From Mobula hypostoma (lineage: Eukaryota): a stretch of DNA of 64,000 bases. This document shows positions 13,745-26,575 of the stretch, piece by piece. Each line of letters starts with the position of its first letter. Position 1 is the first letter of the stretch. The notes below the pieces were generated by a model, which was not told the origin of the DNA, searched no databases, and was given only the letters and a program-made list of their open reading frames with translations. Position numbers and translations under genes: made by a program. The stretch lies in the NCBI RefSeq assembly GCF_963921235.1, contig NC_086097.1, positions 164,736,001 to 164,800,000 of the forward strand, written 5' to 3'.

Positions 13745-16342
13745 GGAGAAGGGTGGGTAATGTAGCAGGATCCTCTTTTGAGTCAGTATGGGTAGAAGTC
13801 AGGAACAGGAAGGGAGCAGTTACTCTATTGGGGGTATTCTGTAGGCCCCCTGGTAGCAGCAGAGATACAGAGGAGCAGATTGGGAGGCAGATTTTGGAAA
13901 GGTGCAAAAATAACAGGATTATTATCATGGGTGACTTTAACTTCCCTAATATTGATTGGCACCTGATTAGTTCCAAGGGTTTAGATGGGGCAGAGTTTGT
14001 TAAGTGTGTCCAGGACGGATTCCTGTCACAGTATGTGGACAGGCCAACCAGGGGGAATGCCATACTAGATCTAGTACTAGTTAATGAACCGGGTCAGGTC
14101 ACAGATCTCTCAGTGGGTGAGCATCTGGGGGACAGTGACCACCGCTCCCTGGCCTTTAGCATTATCATGGAAAAGGATAGAATCAGAGAGGACAGGAAAA
14201 TTTTTAATTGGGGAAGGGCAAATTATGAGGCTATAAGGCTAGAACTTGCGGGTGTGAATAAGGATGATGTTTTTGCAGGGAAATGTACTATGGACATGTG
14301 GTTGATGTTTAGAGATCTCTTGCGGGATGTAAGGGATAAATTTGTCTTGGTGAGGAAGATAAAGAATGGTAGGGTGAAGGAACCATGGGTGACAAGTGAG
14401 GTGGAAAATCTAGTCAGGTGGAAGAAGGCAGCATACATGAGGTTTAGGAAGCAAGGATCAGATGGGTCTATTGAGGAATATAGGGAAGCAAGAAAGGAGC
14501 TTAAGAAGGGGCTGAGAAGAGCAAGAAGGGGGCATGAGAAGGCCTTGGCGAGTAGGGTAAAGGAAAACCCCAAGGCATTCTTCAATTATGTGAAGAAAAA
14601 AAGGATGACAGGAGTGAAGGTAGGACCGATTAGAGATAAAGGTGGGAAGATGTGCCTGGAGGCTGTGGGAGTGAGCGAGGTCCTCAATGAATATTTCTCT
14701 TCGGTATTCACCAATGAGAGGGAACTTGATGATGATGAGGACAATATGAGTGAGGTTGATGTTCTGGAGCATGTTGATATTAAGGGAGAGGAGGTGTTGG
14801 AGTTGTTAAAATACATTAGGACAGATAAGTCCCCGGGGCCTGACGGAATATTCCCCAGGCTGCTCCACGAGGCAAGAGAAGAGATTGCTGAGCCTCTGGC
14901 TATGATCTTTATGTCCTCGTTGTCCACGGGAATGGTACCGGAAGATTGGAGGGAGGCGAATGTTGTCCCCTTGTTCAAAAAAGGTAGTAGGGATAGTCCA
15001 GGTAATTATAGACCAGTGAGCCTTACGTCTGTGGTGGGAAAGCTGTTGGAAAAGATTCTTAGAGATAGGATCTACAGGCATTTAGAGAATCATGGTCTGA
15101 TCAGGGTCAGTCAGCATGGCTTTGTGAAGGGCAGATCATGTCTAACAAGCCTGATTGAGTTCTTTGAGGAGGTGACCGGGCATATAGATGAGGATAGTGC
15201 AGTGGATGTGACCTATATGGATTTTAGTAAGACATTTGACAAGGTTCCACATGGTAGGCTTATTCAGAAAGTCAGAAGGCATGGGATCCAGGGAAATTTG
15301 GCCAGGTGGATTCAGAATTGGCTTGCCTGCAGAAGGCAGAGGGTGGTGGTGGAGGGAGTACATTCAGATTGGAGGATTGTGACTAGTGGTGTCTGACAAG
15401 GATCTGTTCTGGGACCTCTACTTTTCGTGATTTTTATTAATGACCTGGATGTGGGGGTAGAAGGGTGGATTGGCAAGTTTGCAGACGACACAAAGGTTGG
15501 TGGTGTTGTAGATAGTGTAGAGGATTGTCAAAGATTGCAGAGAGACATTGATAGGATGCAGAAGTGGGCTGAGAAGTGGCAGATGGAGTTCAACCTGGAG
15601 AAGTGTGAGGTGGAACACTTTGGAAGGACAAACTCCAAGGCAGAGTACAAAGTAAATGGCAGGATACTTGGTAGTGTGGAGGAGCAGACATGTCCACAGA
15701 TCCCTGAAAGTTGCCTCACAGGTGGATAGGGTAGTTAAGAAAGCTTATGGGGTGTTAGCTTTCATAAATCCAGGGATGTAATGATGCAGCTCTATAAAAC
15801 TCTGGTTAGGCCACAATTGGAGTACTGTGTCCAGTTCTGGTCACCTCACTATAGGAAGGATGTGGAAGCATTGGAAAGGGTACAGAGGAGATTTACCAGG
15901 ATGCTGCCTGGTTTAGAAAGTATGGATTATGATCAAAGATAAGGGAGCTAGGACTTTACTCTTTGAGAGAAGGAGGATGAGAGGAGACATGATAGAGGTG
16001 TACAAGATAATAAGAGGAATAGATAGAGTGGATAGCCAGCGCTTCTTCCTCAGGGCCCCACTGCTCAATACAAGAGGGCATGGCTTTAAGGTAAGGGGTG
16101 GGAAGTTCAAGGGGGATATTAGAGGAAGGATTTTTTTACTCAGAGAGTGGTTGGTGCATGGAATGCACTGCCTGAGTCAGTGGTGGAGGCAGATACACTA
16201 GTGAAGTTTAAGAGACTACTAGACAGGTATATAGAGAAATTTAAGGTGGGGGCTTATATGGGAGGCAGGGTTTGAGGGTCGGCACAACATTGTGGGCCGA
16301 AGGGTCTGTTCTGTGCTGTACTATTCTATGTTCTATGTTCTA
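13745..16342 (+). mobile_element. 5'-truncated CR1 LINE (partial endonuclease, RT, 3' UTR)
   Basis: 547-aa ORF with MGDFNFP, SDH, NYRPVSLTS, DFSKTFDKVPH; stop inside GV(P)QG; KFADDTK downstream; tail ctattctatgttctatgttcta. Confidence 0.95.
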
Positions 16343-16559
16343 AGAAAGGACCAAAAAAAGAGCCAGTCATTTAAAACACAGTTGCATGTTGGTGAACTCT
16401 GTAATTAGGTGACAGTCAGAGAACATAGTAGTGCAGAAATAAATCAACTCAAATAACAACATGAGGTAGGACAGGAGCTATAGCAATAATCATATAAAAA
16501 GAAAGCACTTCCTTTTCGGATTCCTCATAGCTGGAGGAGGGGGGAGCTCCATTGGTGAG

Positions 16560-17050
16560 CATGGTGGGCTTCCCTGTGAATGCGGAGCAGCGCATGTCGG
16601 CCGGACGGGACACACAGTGGAAATCCACATCAGGGAGCACAGGAGGTATCTCCATTTAGGTTACCCAGAGAAATCAGCAATAGCAGAATATTGCATTTGC
16701 AATGGCCATAGGATTGGCTTTGATGGCACAAAGCTGCTGTGCTGCTCTGATGGCTTTTGGGACCACCTGGTAAAGGAAGCCGTTGAAATAAAACTAGATG
16801 AAAAGAATATTAACAGACAACGAAGTTCTCGCTCTAATTAAGAACTGGAATTTGATTGTAAACAAGGTGGGAAAATGGAAACCTGTTGGATGAGGACTAA
16901 CCAATCAGGAGGGACTGACTATGGGGGTATAAATATCACTGGACTAGACTTGCCTGGGTGTCATCCCTGATGAAGATGGCGGAGTTTGTCATCAAAACAT
17001 CAGTTATAATCAATATACGTACCCGCCTGGAAGCCCAAGAAGAATTTGCA
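16560..17050 (+). mobile_element. Penelope-like element 3' fragment (second family): GIY-YIG remnant and decayed hammerhead
   Basis: PCECGAAHVGRTGHTVEIHIREH...SAIAEY...KEAVEIK...NINR; downstream CTGATGA-AGATGGCGGAGTTTGTCATC-AAAACATC. Confidence 0.75.
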
Positions 17051-17676
17051 AGCTCTAGATCCTTTCTCAACAGTATTTGCATTCATCTTTTATGTATGAA
17101 AATTGATAATTTTCCAAGCCTGAGCAAAATTCAAATTGGCTGTGGGCTTGTGAGGGCAATTTTAATTTTGTACTCAATCGCAAGTACAGAAGAAGTACTC
17201 AATTAAACCACAAGTGCAGAAAAAGGTGCTGCCCTGATGCAGAGGCCGTTTTCCACAAGGAAATACAAATGGCCATTTTACAGATGGGATATTACGTCAT
17301 TTGTTTTCTCAAACAATATAAGATTGAATGCCACTGTTTCAGACAAAGGAGTAGATTATCCATGTTATGGTGACAAATAACATCATCAAAAAGTTAACAA
17401 TTATTTGGTAATTGTCACTTTGCTATATATGGAAGCTCACCATGTACAATATGGTTCCAAAATTACAACCGTGACTCTATTTCAGAAGTACCATACTAGT
17501 TGGAAAGTGTTTTAGGGTGTTCTTAAAGGGGTGTGAAGGAACTATATAAATGTAATTTTCTTTGTAGAAAAATCTAAAACATAATGCTGCCCTTACAACA
17601 CCTGCCCAGTTCCAACATCAACTGATTACTCATCTTTGAAAATGACCCTCTTGACCCTCTTATGTTCCTGATACAG

Positions 17677-17997
17677 CTTCAGGCAGAGTCCAGGCTTTGG
17701 AGAGGAGAAGGCCCTTTCACTGACCAAGAGGAGCCAGTGCTGGAAGCCTTGGAACCTTGCCCAATGCGAGAAAGCATCCACAATCGTCGCACACAAGGTC
17801 GCAGGCCTTTCTGGGAACCCGAGCAACAGCAATGCAGAGAGAAATCCTCCTTTGCTCTGATGGAAGGTGACAAGTTCCATGCTCCTCCAAAGATGTTCCC
17901 TGATGCCTCGTTGCTCGGATCAGTGAGTAATGCCAAGGTCCCTCAGCCTTGCAACTTGGAAAATGAGAGGAAAAAAATTGCACTCTGCCTTGGTGAG
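17677..17997 (+). CDS. SOGA1: SOGA1/MTCL2 internal coding exon (poorly conserved linker), phase 0-0
   Basis: gatacag|CTT CAG GCA (LQAESRLWRGEGPFTDQ, compare recalled human LQKENSPRRGGSFLCDQ); donor GAG|gttagt gives 321 nt and fits the phase-0 start of the next exon. The 3' boundary is less certain. Confidence 0.75.
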
Positions 17998-19389
17998 GTT
18001 AGTCTTAAGTACAAGGTCAACATATTAGAATCTGCTGTTGTGGGACGTAATACAGAACTTTGCTGTATGTGACTGTGCTAACTGATACACCATCTCTTTC
18101 ACAGGAATTTTATTTCATTTGCGTAAATCTCTGAGTACTGATCTATTTGCTGATATAGTGAATCCTTGCATTAGCAACTGCATGTCTGTACCTCATAAAA
18201 TTAAGCAAAGCTGCAAGAAGCATGATCTCACTTTCACTGAGTTAATGCATTCTTTCCGAAGCTATATGGAAGAGCAAGAAATCCTTTTTGTCGGGAGGAA
18301 CAGAAACGTGGCCATTTTGAGACATCACTTCTGTCTCACTGCACAATAGCGTAAAGCAAATCCTCCCATACATAACACTCCATTTAGGCCTGATAGATTA
18401 CAGACTTTTCAAATGATTTGAAGCATTCAAAATACACTGAGGATAGTCCTTGCACCAATACATTACGACAGGAGATTTTACAGCCAGCATCCTACCTATT
18501 GGATAGGCAAATGGTGTATGCCAATGAGATGGGGCTGGTTAACGGATGGAAATGTGAAAATAAAGGTCTGCCTTGCTCAATAGCTACATGCCCCCACCCA
18601 AAATGTCCGGCTATCAGCCACAGCTCTGGATTGCACAAGGAACCACATAAAACATGGGCTGCACCATTGATCCCGCAATTGCTCTTACATGGAATCACAA
18701 GTGGTAATTAGGCCTAAAGTGGTGGGACCTGAGACCTAAACTCGTCCTGTTAGCTTGTGACTTTTCAATTTGATAAAGGGAATTTTCTGTTCACAGGTCA
18801 AAGGTACTTATTAACAATTAAAATTGATTTAAATTACTAGAAATATTTTAATTATTAAAAATATTTAACATTAATTAATCATAATGCATTAAACAACTGA
18901 AAATTAACTAAAAGCATAAGTAAAGAAAGTAAAATGAAAATCTCTCATCCTCCACCGCTCCAAGGAGAAAAGACCAGGTTCACTCAACCTATTCTCATAA
19001 GGCATGCTCCCCAATCCAGGCAACATCCTTGTAAATCTCCTCTGCACCCTTTCTATAGTTTCCACATCCTTTCTGTAGTGAGGTGATCAGAACTGAGCAC
19101 AATACTCCAAATGGGGTCTGACCAGGGTCTGTTCTATAACCATAACATTACCTCTCAGCTCTTGAACTCAGTCCCACGGTTGATGAAGGCCAATACACCA
19201 TATGCTTTCTTAAACACACAGTCAATCTGCGCAGCAGCTTTGAGTGTCCTATGGACTCGGACCCCAAGATCCCTCTGATCCTCCACACTGTCAAGAGTCT
19301 TACCATTAATACTATATTCTGCCATCAAATTTGACCTACCAAAATGAACCACCTCACACTTATCTGGGTTGAACTCCATCTTCCACTTC

Positions 19390-20140
19390 CTGTGAGTCGA
19401 CTGGGGTGATATACTGCGTCCGGTGCTCCCGATGTGGCCTTTTATATATTGGTGAGACCCGACGCAGACTGGGAGACCGCTTTGCTGAACATCTACACTC
19501 TGTCCGCCAGAGAAAGCAGGATCTCCCAGTGGCCACACATTTTAATTCCACATCCCATTCCCATTCTGACATGTCTATCCACGGCCTCCTCTACTGTAAA
19601 GATGAAGCCACACTCAGGTTGGAGGAACAACACCTTATATTCCGTCTGGGTAGCCTCCAACCTGATGGCATGAACATTGACTTCTCTAACTTCCGCTAGG
19701 CCCCACCTCCCCCTCGTACCCCATCTGTTACTCATTTTTTTGCACACATTCTTTCTCTCACTCTCCTTTTTCTCCCTCTGTCCCTCTGAATATACCTCTT
19801 GCCCATCCTCTGGGTTAACCCGCCCCCCCCCCGTCTTTCTTCCCGGACCTCCTGTCCCATGATCCTCTCTTATCCCCTTTTGCCTATCACCTGTCCAGCT
19901 CTCGGCTCTATCCCTCCCCCTCCTGTCTTCTCCTATCATTTTGCATCTCCCCCTCCCCCTCCAGCTTTCAAATCCCTTACTCACTCTTCCTTCAGTTAGT
20001 CCTGACGAAGGGTCTCGGCCTGAAACGTCGACTGCGCCTCTTCCTATAGATGCTGCTTGGCCTGCTGCGTTCACCAGCAACTTTGATGTGTGTTGCTTGA
20101 ATTTCCAGCATCTGCAGAATTCCTGTTCTTTGCGTTTAAA
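19390..20140 (+). mobile_element. Penelope-like element 3' fragment: GIY-YIG endonuclease C-terminus, polypyrimidine UTR and hammerhead-containing tail
   Basis: ORF 19406-19699 IYCVRCSRCGLLYIGETRRRLGDRFAEH...EQHLIFRLGSLQPDGMN; flanked by duplicated TTCCACTTC (19381-19389 and 20141-20149). Confidence 0.9.
19997..20034 (+). ncRNA. Minimal type I hammerhead ribozyme motif, sense to the host pre-mRNA
   Basis: TAGTC-CTGACGA-AGGGTCTCGGCCT-GAAA-CGTC-GACTG; predicted cleavage after C20029; stem III reduced to palindromic ACGU. Confidence 0.7.
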
Positions 20141-22370
20141 TTCCACTTCTCAGCCCAGTTTTGCATCCTATCAATGTCTCACTGTAACCTCTGACAGCCC
20201 TCCACACTATCCACAACATCCCCAACCTTTGTGTCATCAGCAAATTTACTAACCCATCCCTCCACTTCTTCATCCAGGTCATTTATAAAAATCACAAAGA
20301 AAAGGGGTCCCAGAACAGATCCCTGAGGCACACCACTGGTCACTGACCTCTGTGCAGACTATGACTCGTCCACAACCACACCTTGGCTTCTGTGGGCAAG
20401 CCAGTTCTGGATCCACAAAGCAATGTCCCCTTGGATTCCATGCCTCCTTACTTTCTCAATAAGCCTTGCATGGGGTACCTTGTCAAATGCCTTGCTGAAA
20501 TCCATAGAGAATACATCTACTGCTCTTCCTTCATCAATGTGTTTAGTCATATCCTCAAAAAAATTCAATCAGGCTCATAAGGTACGACCTGCCTTTAACA
20601 AAGCCATGCTGACTATTCCTAATCACATTATGCCTCTCCAAATGTTCATAAATCCTGCCTCTCAGGATCTTTTCCATCAACTTACCAACCACTGAAGTAA
20701 GACTCACAGGTCTATAATTTCCTGGTCTATCTCTACTCCCTTTCTTGAATAGGGGACCAACATCTGCAACCCTCCAATCCACTGGAGCCTCTCCCGTCCC
20801 CATTAATGATGCAAAGATCATTGCCAGAGGTTCAGCAATCTCCTCTCTCTCCTCCCACTGTAGCCTGGGGTATATCTCGTACAGTCTCAGTGACTTATCC
20901 AACTTGATTCTTTCCAAAAGCTCCAGCACATCCTCTTTCTTAACGTCGATATGCTCAAGCTTTTCAGTCCGCTGTAAGTCATCCCTACAATTGCTAAGAT
21001 CCTTTTCCGTAGTGAATACTGAAGCAAAGTACTCATTAATTACCTCTGCTACATCCTCTGGTTCCATACACACTTTTCCACTGTCACACTTGATTGGTCC
21101 TATTCTCTCACGTCTTATCCTCTTGCTCTTCACATACTTGTAGAATGCCTTGGGTCTTCCTTAATCCTGTCTGCCAGGGCCTTCTCAAAGCCCCTTCTGG
21201 TTCTCCTAATTTCATTCTTAAGCTCCTTCTTGCTAGCCTTATAATCTTCTAGATCTTTATCATTACCTAGTTTTTTTTTAACCTTTCGAAAGGTCTTCTT
21301 TTATTCTTGATTAGACTTACAACCGCCTTTGTACACCATGGTTCCTGTACCCTGCCATCCCTTCCCTGTCTCATTGGAACGTACCTATGCAGAACACCAT
21401 GCAAATATCACCTGAACGTTTTCCACACTTCTGCCATACATTTCCCGGAGAACATCTCCCAATTTATGCTTCCAAGTTCCTGCCTGATAGCTTCTTATTT
21501 CCCCTTACTCCAATTAAACATTTCCTAACTTGTCTGCACCTATCCCTCTCCAATGCTATGGTAAAGGAGATAGAATTGTGATCACTATCTCCAAAATGCT
21601 CTCCCACTGAGAGACCTGACACCTGACCAGGTTCATTTCCCAATACCAGATCAAGTACAGCCTCTCCTCTTGTAGGCTTAACTACATATTGTGTCAGGAA
21701 ACCTTCCTGAACACATCTAATAAACTCCACCCCATCTGCACCCCTTGCTCTAGGGAGATGCCAATCAGTATAGGGGAAATTAAAATCTCCCATCACAACA
21801 ACCCTGTTATTATTGCACCGTTTCAGAATCTGTCTCCCTATCTGCTCCTCAATGTCGCTGTTACTATTGGGTGGTCTATAAAAAACACCCAGTAGAGTTA
21901 TTGACCCCTTCCTGTTTCTAACTTTCACCCACAGAGTCTCAGTAGACAATCCCTCCATGACTTCCTCCTTTTCTGCAGCTGTGACACTATCTCTCATCAG
22001 CAGTGCCACGCCCCACCTCTTTTGCCTCCCTCCCTGTCCTTTCTGAAACATCTCATTCCTGCCCCTGAGCGACCCAAGTCTCTGTAATGGCCACAACATC
22101 ATAGCTCCAAGTACTGATCCATGCACTAAACTCATCTGTTTTGTTCATGATACTCCTTGCATTAAAATAGATACATCTCAAACCATCAGTCTAAGTGCAT
22201 CCCTTCTCTATCACCTGCCTATCCTCCCTCTCGCACTGTCTCCAAACTTTCTCTATTTGTGAACCGACCACCCGTTCCGCCGTATCTTCAGTTCAGTTCC
22301 CACCCCCAAGCAATTCTAATTTAAACTCTCCCCAATAGCCTTCACAAACCTCCTTGCCAGGATATTGGTC

Positions 22371-23366
22371 AGGACTTTGGTAGAAGAATCAAAGACAGAC
22401 GATTTTCTAAATGGGGAGAAAATTCAAAAATTATAGGTGCAAAGGGACTTAGGAGTCCTTGTGTAGGATTCTGTAAAAGTTAGCTTGCAGTTTGAGTTGT
22501 TGGTAAGGAAAGTAAATGTGATGTTTGCATTCATTTTGAGAGGACTAGAATATAAGAGCAAGGATGTAATGCGGAGGTTTTATCAGGCATTGGCCAGACT
22601 TCACAGAGTATTCTGAGCAGTTCTGGCCCCTTATCTCAGGAAAGATGTGCTGGCATTGGAGAGGGTCCAGAAGAGGATCATAAGATCATAAGGATCATAA
22701 TAGGAGAAGAATTAGGCCATTGGACCCATTGGGTGTGCTGCACCATTCCATTTTGGCTGATGATTCACAATAATGATTCTGGGGACTCAAGGGTTAAAGT
22801 ATGGGGACCTTTGGGCTTGTACTCATTGGAGTTTAGAAGAATAAGGGGGGGATCTCTTTGAAACCTATCAAATATTGAAAGAAACACACATCAAAGTTGC
22901 TGGTGAACACAGCAGGCCAGGCAGCATCTCTAGGAAGAGGTACAGTCGACGTCTCAGCCTGAAACGTCGACTGTACGTCTTCCTAGAGATGCTGACTGGC
23001 CTGCTGCGTTGACCAGCAACTTTGATGTGTGTTGCTTGAATTTCCACCATCTGCAGAATTCCTGTTGTTTGCGTTTTAAAATATTGAAAGACCGAGTTGG
23101 GATGGATGTGGAGAGAATGTTTCCTATAGTGCATGAGTCTAGGACCAGAGGGCACAGCCTCAGAATAGAGGGATGAACATTTAGAGCAGAGGTGAGAAGG
23201 AATTTCTTTAGCAAAAGTTTGGTGAATCTGTGGTATTTATTGTCACAGACAGCTGTGAAGGCCAATTCATTAAATGTATTTTAATGTGGAGGTTGATAGT
23301 TTCTTGATTAGTCAGGGCAACAAAGGTTACCAGGAGAAGGCAAGAGAATGGGGTTGAGAGGGATAA
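22371..23366 (+). mobile_element. Old CR1 3' fragment whose 3' UTR continues at 31698-31765
   Basis: RT C-terminal remnants (ggggggatctctttgaaacctat, ggtgaatctgtgg) ending gggttgagagggataat; the expected continuation gcagagcagactcagtgggtgaatagcctaatt...tcttatg lies 8.3 kb downstream. Confidence 0.8.
22883..23078. mobile_element. Head-to-head inverted Penelope-tail insertion with a 13-bp target duplication
   Basis: About 70-bp arms at 22883-22952 and 22964-23033; AAATATTGAAAGA at 22870-22882 and 23079-23091. Confidence 0.85.
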
Positions 23367-24358
23367 TGAATGAATGAATGAAATTTATTTCGGTCAGTAC
23401 AATCATAACAAAAAGCATCATCTTCAACGATGATTTCATAAGACAAAATTGCAACAAAAAAACAGCTATTCTCTAAAAACAGTCCGAAAGGGTGTAGGCT
23501 GAAGCTACAGCTTAGTACACTTAAACAACAACATATTTGGCGTCAATCATCACATCAAAACAAAAAAATTCAAAACACAAAATCCAATTCCAAGTATCAT
23601 TTATTTACATTACTCCCATTCCTTTTAAATCATGTATTTTATATTTATTCATTAAATTATTTTTAAACAACTTTTAAAACTTGTTTAGTGTGGTGCATGT
23701 CTGTAAATTCTCACTACAACTGTTCCATAGATTCACCTCTCTGACTGAAATACAATGATTTTTTACATTTGTTCTTATCCTTTCTTTGAAATATGCATGT
23801 TCCTCTCAAATCATGTTGACTTCCTCTCATTTTAAACCACCTTGGATACTTTGTGGTGGCTGTCCATTTTTTACTTTATACATAATTTGAATTACAAATG
23901 GAGTATTTTAAAATCTATGAAATCTCTGAATTTTAAAGGTTTAGTTGAATAAGTAGTGGATTGGTTGGCTCATAATAACTTGTCTTATTTACAATTCGTA
24001 TGACATCCTTTTGGAGTAGAAAAATTGAGTTTGTATTTGTTTTGTATGTATTTCCCCATATCTCTACACAGTAAGTCATGTATGGGACTATAAGTGAACA
24101 GTATAATGTATACAAAGACTCCTGATTTAAGAAATCTTGCACTTTGTGCAGTATTGCAATAGATTTGGACATTTTTGCTTTGGCATAAATTAAGCTGGAA
24201 ACCACATATAAATTATTATCTATTACCACTCCTAAAAATTTTGTTTCAGATACCTTGTCAATTTCAACATCATTTATTCTAAGTTTACTGTATGAGTTTG
24301 GTACATGGTTTCCAAATATTATGGATTTAGTTTTACTTAGATTCAGTGATAATTTGTT

Positions 24359-26575
24359 AGAAACATAGAAAATAGGTGCAGGAGTAGGCCATTCGGCCCT
24401 TTGAGCCTGCACCGCCATTCAGTATGATCATGGCTGATCATCCAACTCAAAACCCTATACCAGCCTTCCCTCCATACCCCCTGATCCCTTTAGCCACAAG
24501 GGCCATATCTAACTCCCTCTTAAGTATAGCCAATGAACTGGCCTCAACTGTTTCCTGTGGCAGAGAAGTCCACAATTCACCACTCTCTGTGTGAAGAAGT
24601 TTTTCCTAATCTCAGTCCTAAAAGGCTTCCCCTTTATCCTCAAACTGTGACCCCTCATTCTGGACTTCCCCAACATCAGGAACAATCTTCCTGCATCTAG
24701 CCTGTCCAATCCCTTTAGGATTTTATACGTTTCAATCAGATCCCCCCTCAATCTTCTAAATTCCAACGAGTATAAGCCTAGTTCATCCAGTCTTTTATCA
24801 TATGAAAGTCCTGCCATCCCAGGATCAATCTGGTGAACCTTCTTTGTACTCCCTCTATGGCAAGGATGTCTTTCCTCAGATTAGGGGACCAAAACTGCAC
24901 ACAATACTCCAGGTGTGGTCTCACCAAGGCCTTGTACAACTGCAGTAGTACCTCCCTGCTCCTGTACTCGAATCCTCTTGCTATAAATGCCAGCATTCCA
25001 TTCGCCTTTTTTACCGCCTGCTGTACCTGCATGCCCACTTTCAATGACTGGTGTATAATGACACCCAGGTCTCGTTGCACCTCCCCTTTTCCTAATCGGC
25101 CACCATTCAGATAATAATCTGCTTTCCTGTTATTGCCACCAAAGTGGATAACTTCACATTTATCCACATTAAATTGCATCTGCCATGAATTTGCCCACTC
25201 ACCTAACCTATCCAAGTCACCCTGCATCCTCTTAGCATCCTCCTCACAGCTAACACTGCCGCCCAGCTTCGTGTCATCCGCAAACTTGGAGATGCTGCAT
25301 TTAATTCCCTCATCCAAGTCATTAATATATATTGTAACAACTGGGGTCCCAGCACTGAGCCTTGCAGTACCCCACTAGTCACTGCCTGCCATTCTGAAAA
25401 GGTCCCGTTTATTCCCACTCTTTGCTTCCTGTCTGCCAACCAATTCTCTATCCACATCAATGCCTTACCCCCAATACCGTGTGCTTTAAGTTTGCACATT
25501 AATCTCCTGTGTGGGACCTTGTCAAAAGCCTTTTCAAAATCCAAATATACCACATCCACTGGCTCTCCCCTATCCACTCTACTAGTTACATCCTCAAAAA
25601 ATTCTATGAGATTCGTCAGACATGATTTTCCTTTCACAAATCCATGCTGACTTTGTCCGATGATTTCACCGCTTTCCAAATGTGCTGTTATCACATCTTT
25701 GATAACTGACTTTAGCAGTTTCCCCACCACCGATGTTAGGCTAACCGGTCTATAATTCCCTGGTTTCTCTCTCCCTCCTTTTTTAAAAAGTGAGGTTACA
25801 TTAGCCACCCTCCAATCCTCAGGAACTAGTCCAGAATCTAAAGAGTTTTGAAAAATTATTACTAATGCATCCACTATTTCTTGGGCTACTTCCTTAAGCA
25901 CTCTGGGATGCAGACCATCTGGCCCTGGGATTTATCTGCCTTTAATCCCTTCAATTTACCTAACACCACTTCCCTACTAACATGTATTTCCCTCAGTTCC
26001 TCCATCTCACTGGACCCTCTGTCCCCTACTATTTCCGGAAGATTATTTATGTCCTCCTTAGTGAAGACAGAACCAAAGTAATTATTCAATTGGTCTACCA
26101 TGTCCTTGCTCCCCATAATCAATTCACTTGTTTCTGTCTGTAGGGGACCTACATTTGTCTTAACCAATCTTTTTCTTTTCACATATCTGTAAAAGCTTTT
26201 ACAGTCAGTTTTTATGTTCCCTGCCAGTTTTCTCTCATAATCTTTTTTCCCCTTCCTAATTAAGCCCTTTGTCCTCCTCTGCTGAACTCTGAATTTCTCC
26301 CAGTCCTCAGGTGAGCCACTTTTTCTGACTAATTTGTATGCTTCTTCTTTGGAATTGATACTATCCCTAATTTCCTCTGTCAGCCACGGGTGTGCTACCT
26401 TCCTTGATTTATTCATTTGCCAAACTGGGATGAACAATTGTTGTAGTTCATCCATGCGATCTTTAAATGCTTGCCATTACATATCCAGTCAACCCTTTAA
26501 GTGTCATTTGCCAGTCTATCTTAGCTAATTCACGTCTCATACCTTCAAAGTTACCCTTCTTTAAGTTCAGAACTA
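24359..26575 (-). mobile_element. 5'-truncated CR1 nested in the L2-group LINE
   Basis: RT ORFs 25886-26455, 25203-25901, 24778-25317 (KFADDTKLGG) and 24509-24817; tail ctcctgcacctattttctatgtttct; splits the host K*FD|NKLSLN motif. Confidence 0.93.

Larger units (their letters stand above)
18942..22370 (-). mobile_element. CR1 LINE (ORF1 end, endonuclease, RT), lacking its 3' end and interrupted by a Penelope fragment
   Basis: ORFs 21464-22135 (YRPPNS, MGDFNFP, SDHNS), 20555-21133 (NYRPVSLTS), 20359-20568 (DFSKAFDKVPH) and 19155-19380 (KKAYGVLAFINRG). Confidence 0.92.

Noticed and set aside
13753..15396. Domesticated or host reverse transcriptase gene
   Set aside because: It is a 5'-truncated CR1 ORF2 with a stop in the GVPQG motif and later frameshifts.
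14223..15719. Many antisense ORFs over CR1 copies, here and elsewhere
   Set aside because: They are shadow frames of LINE ORF2 with no independent coding signal.
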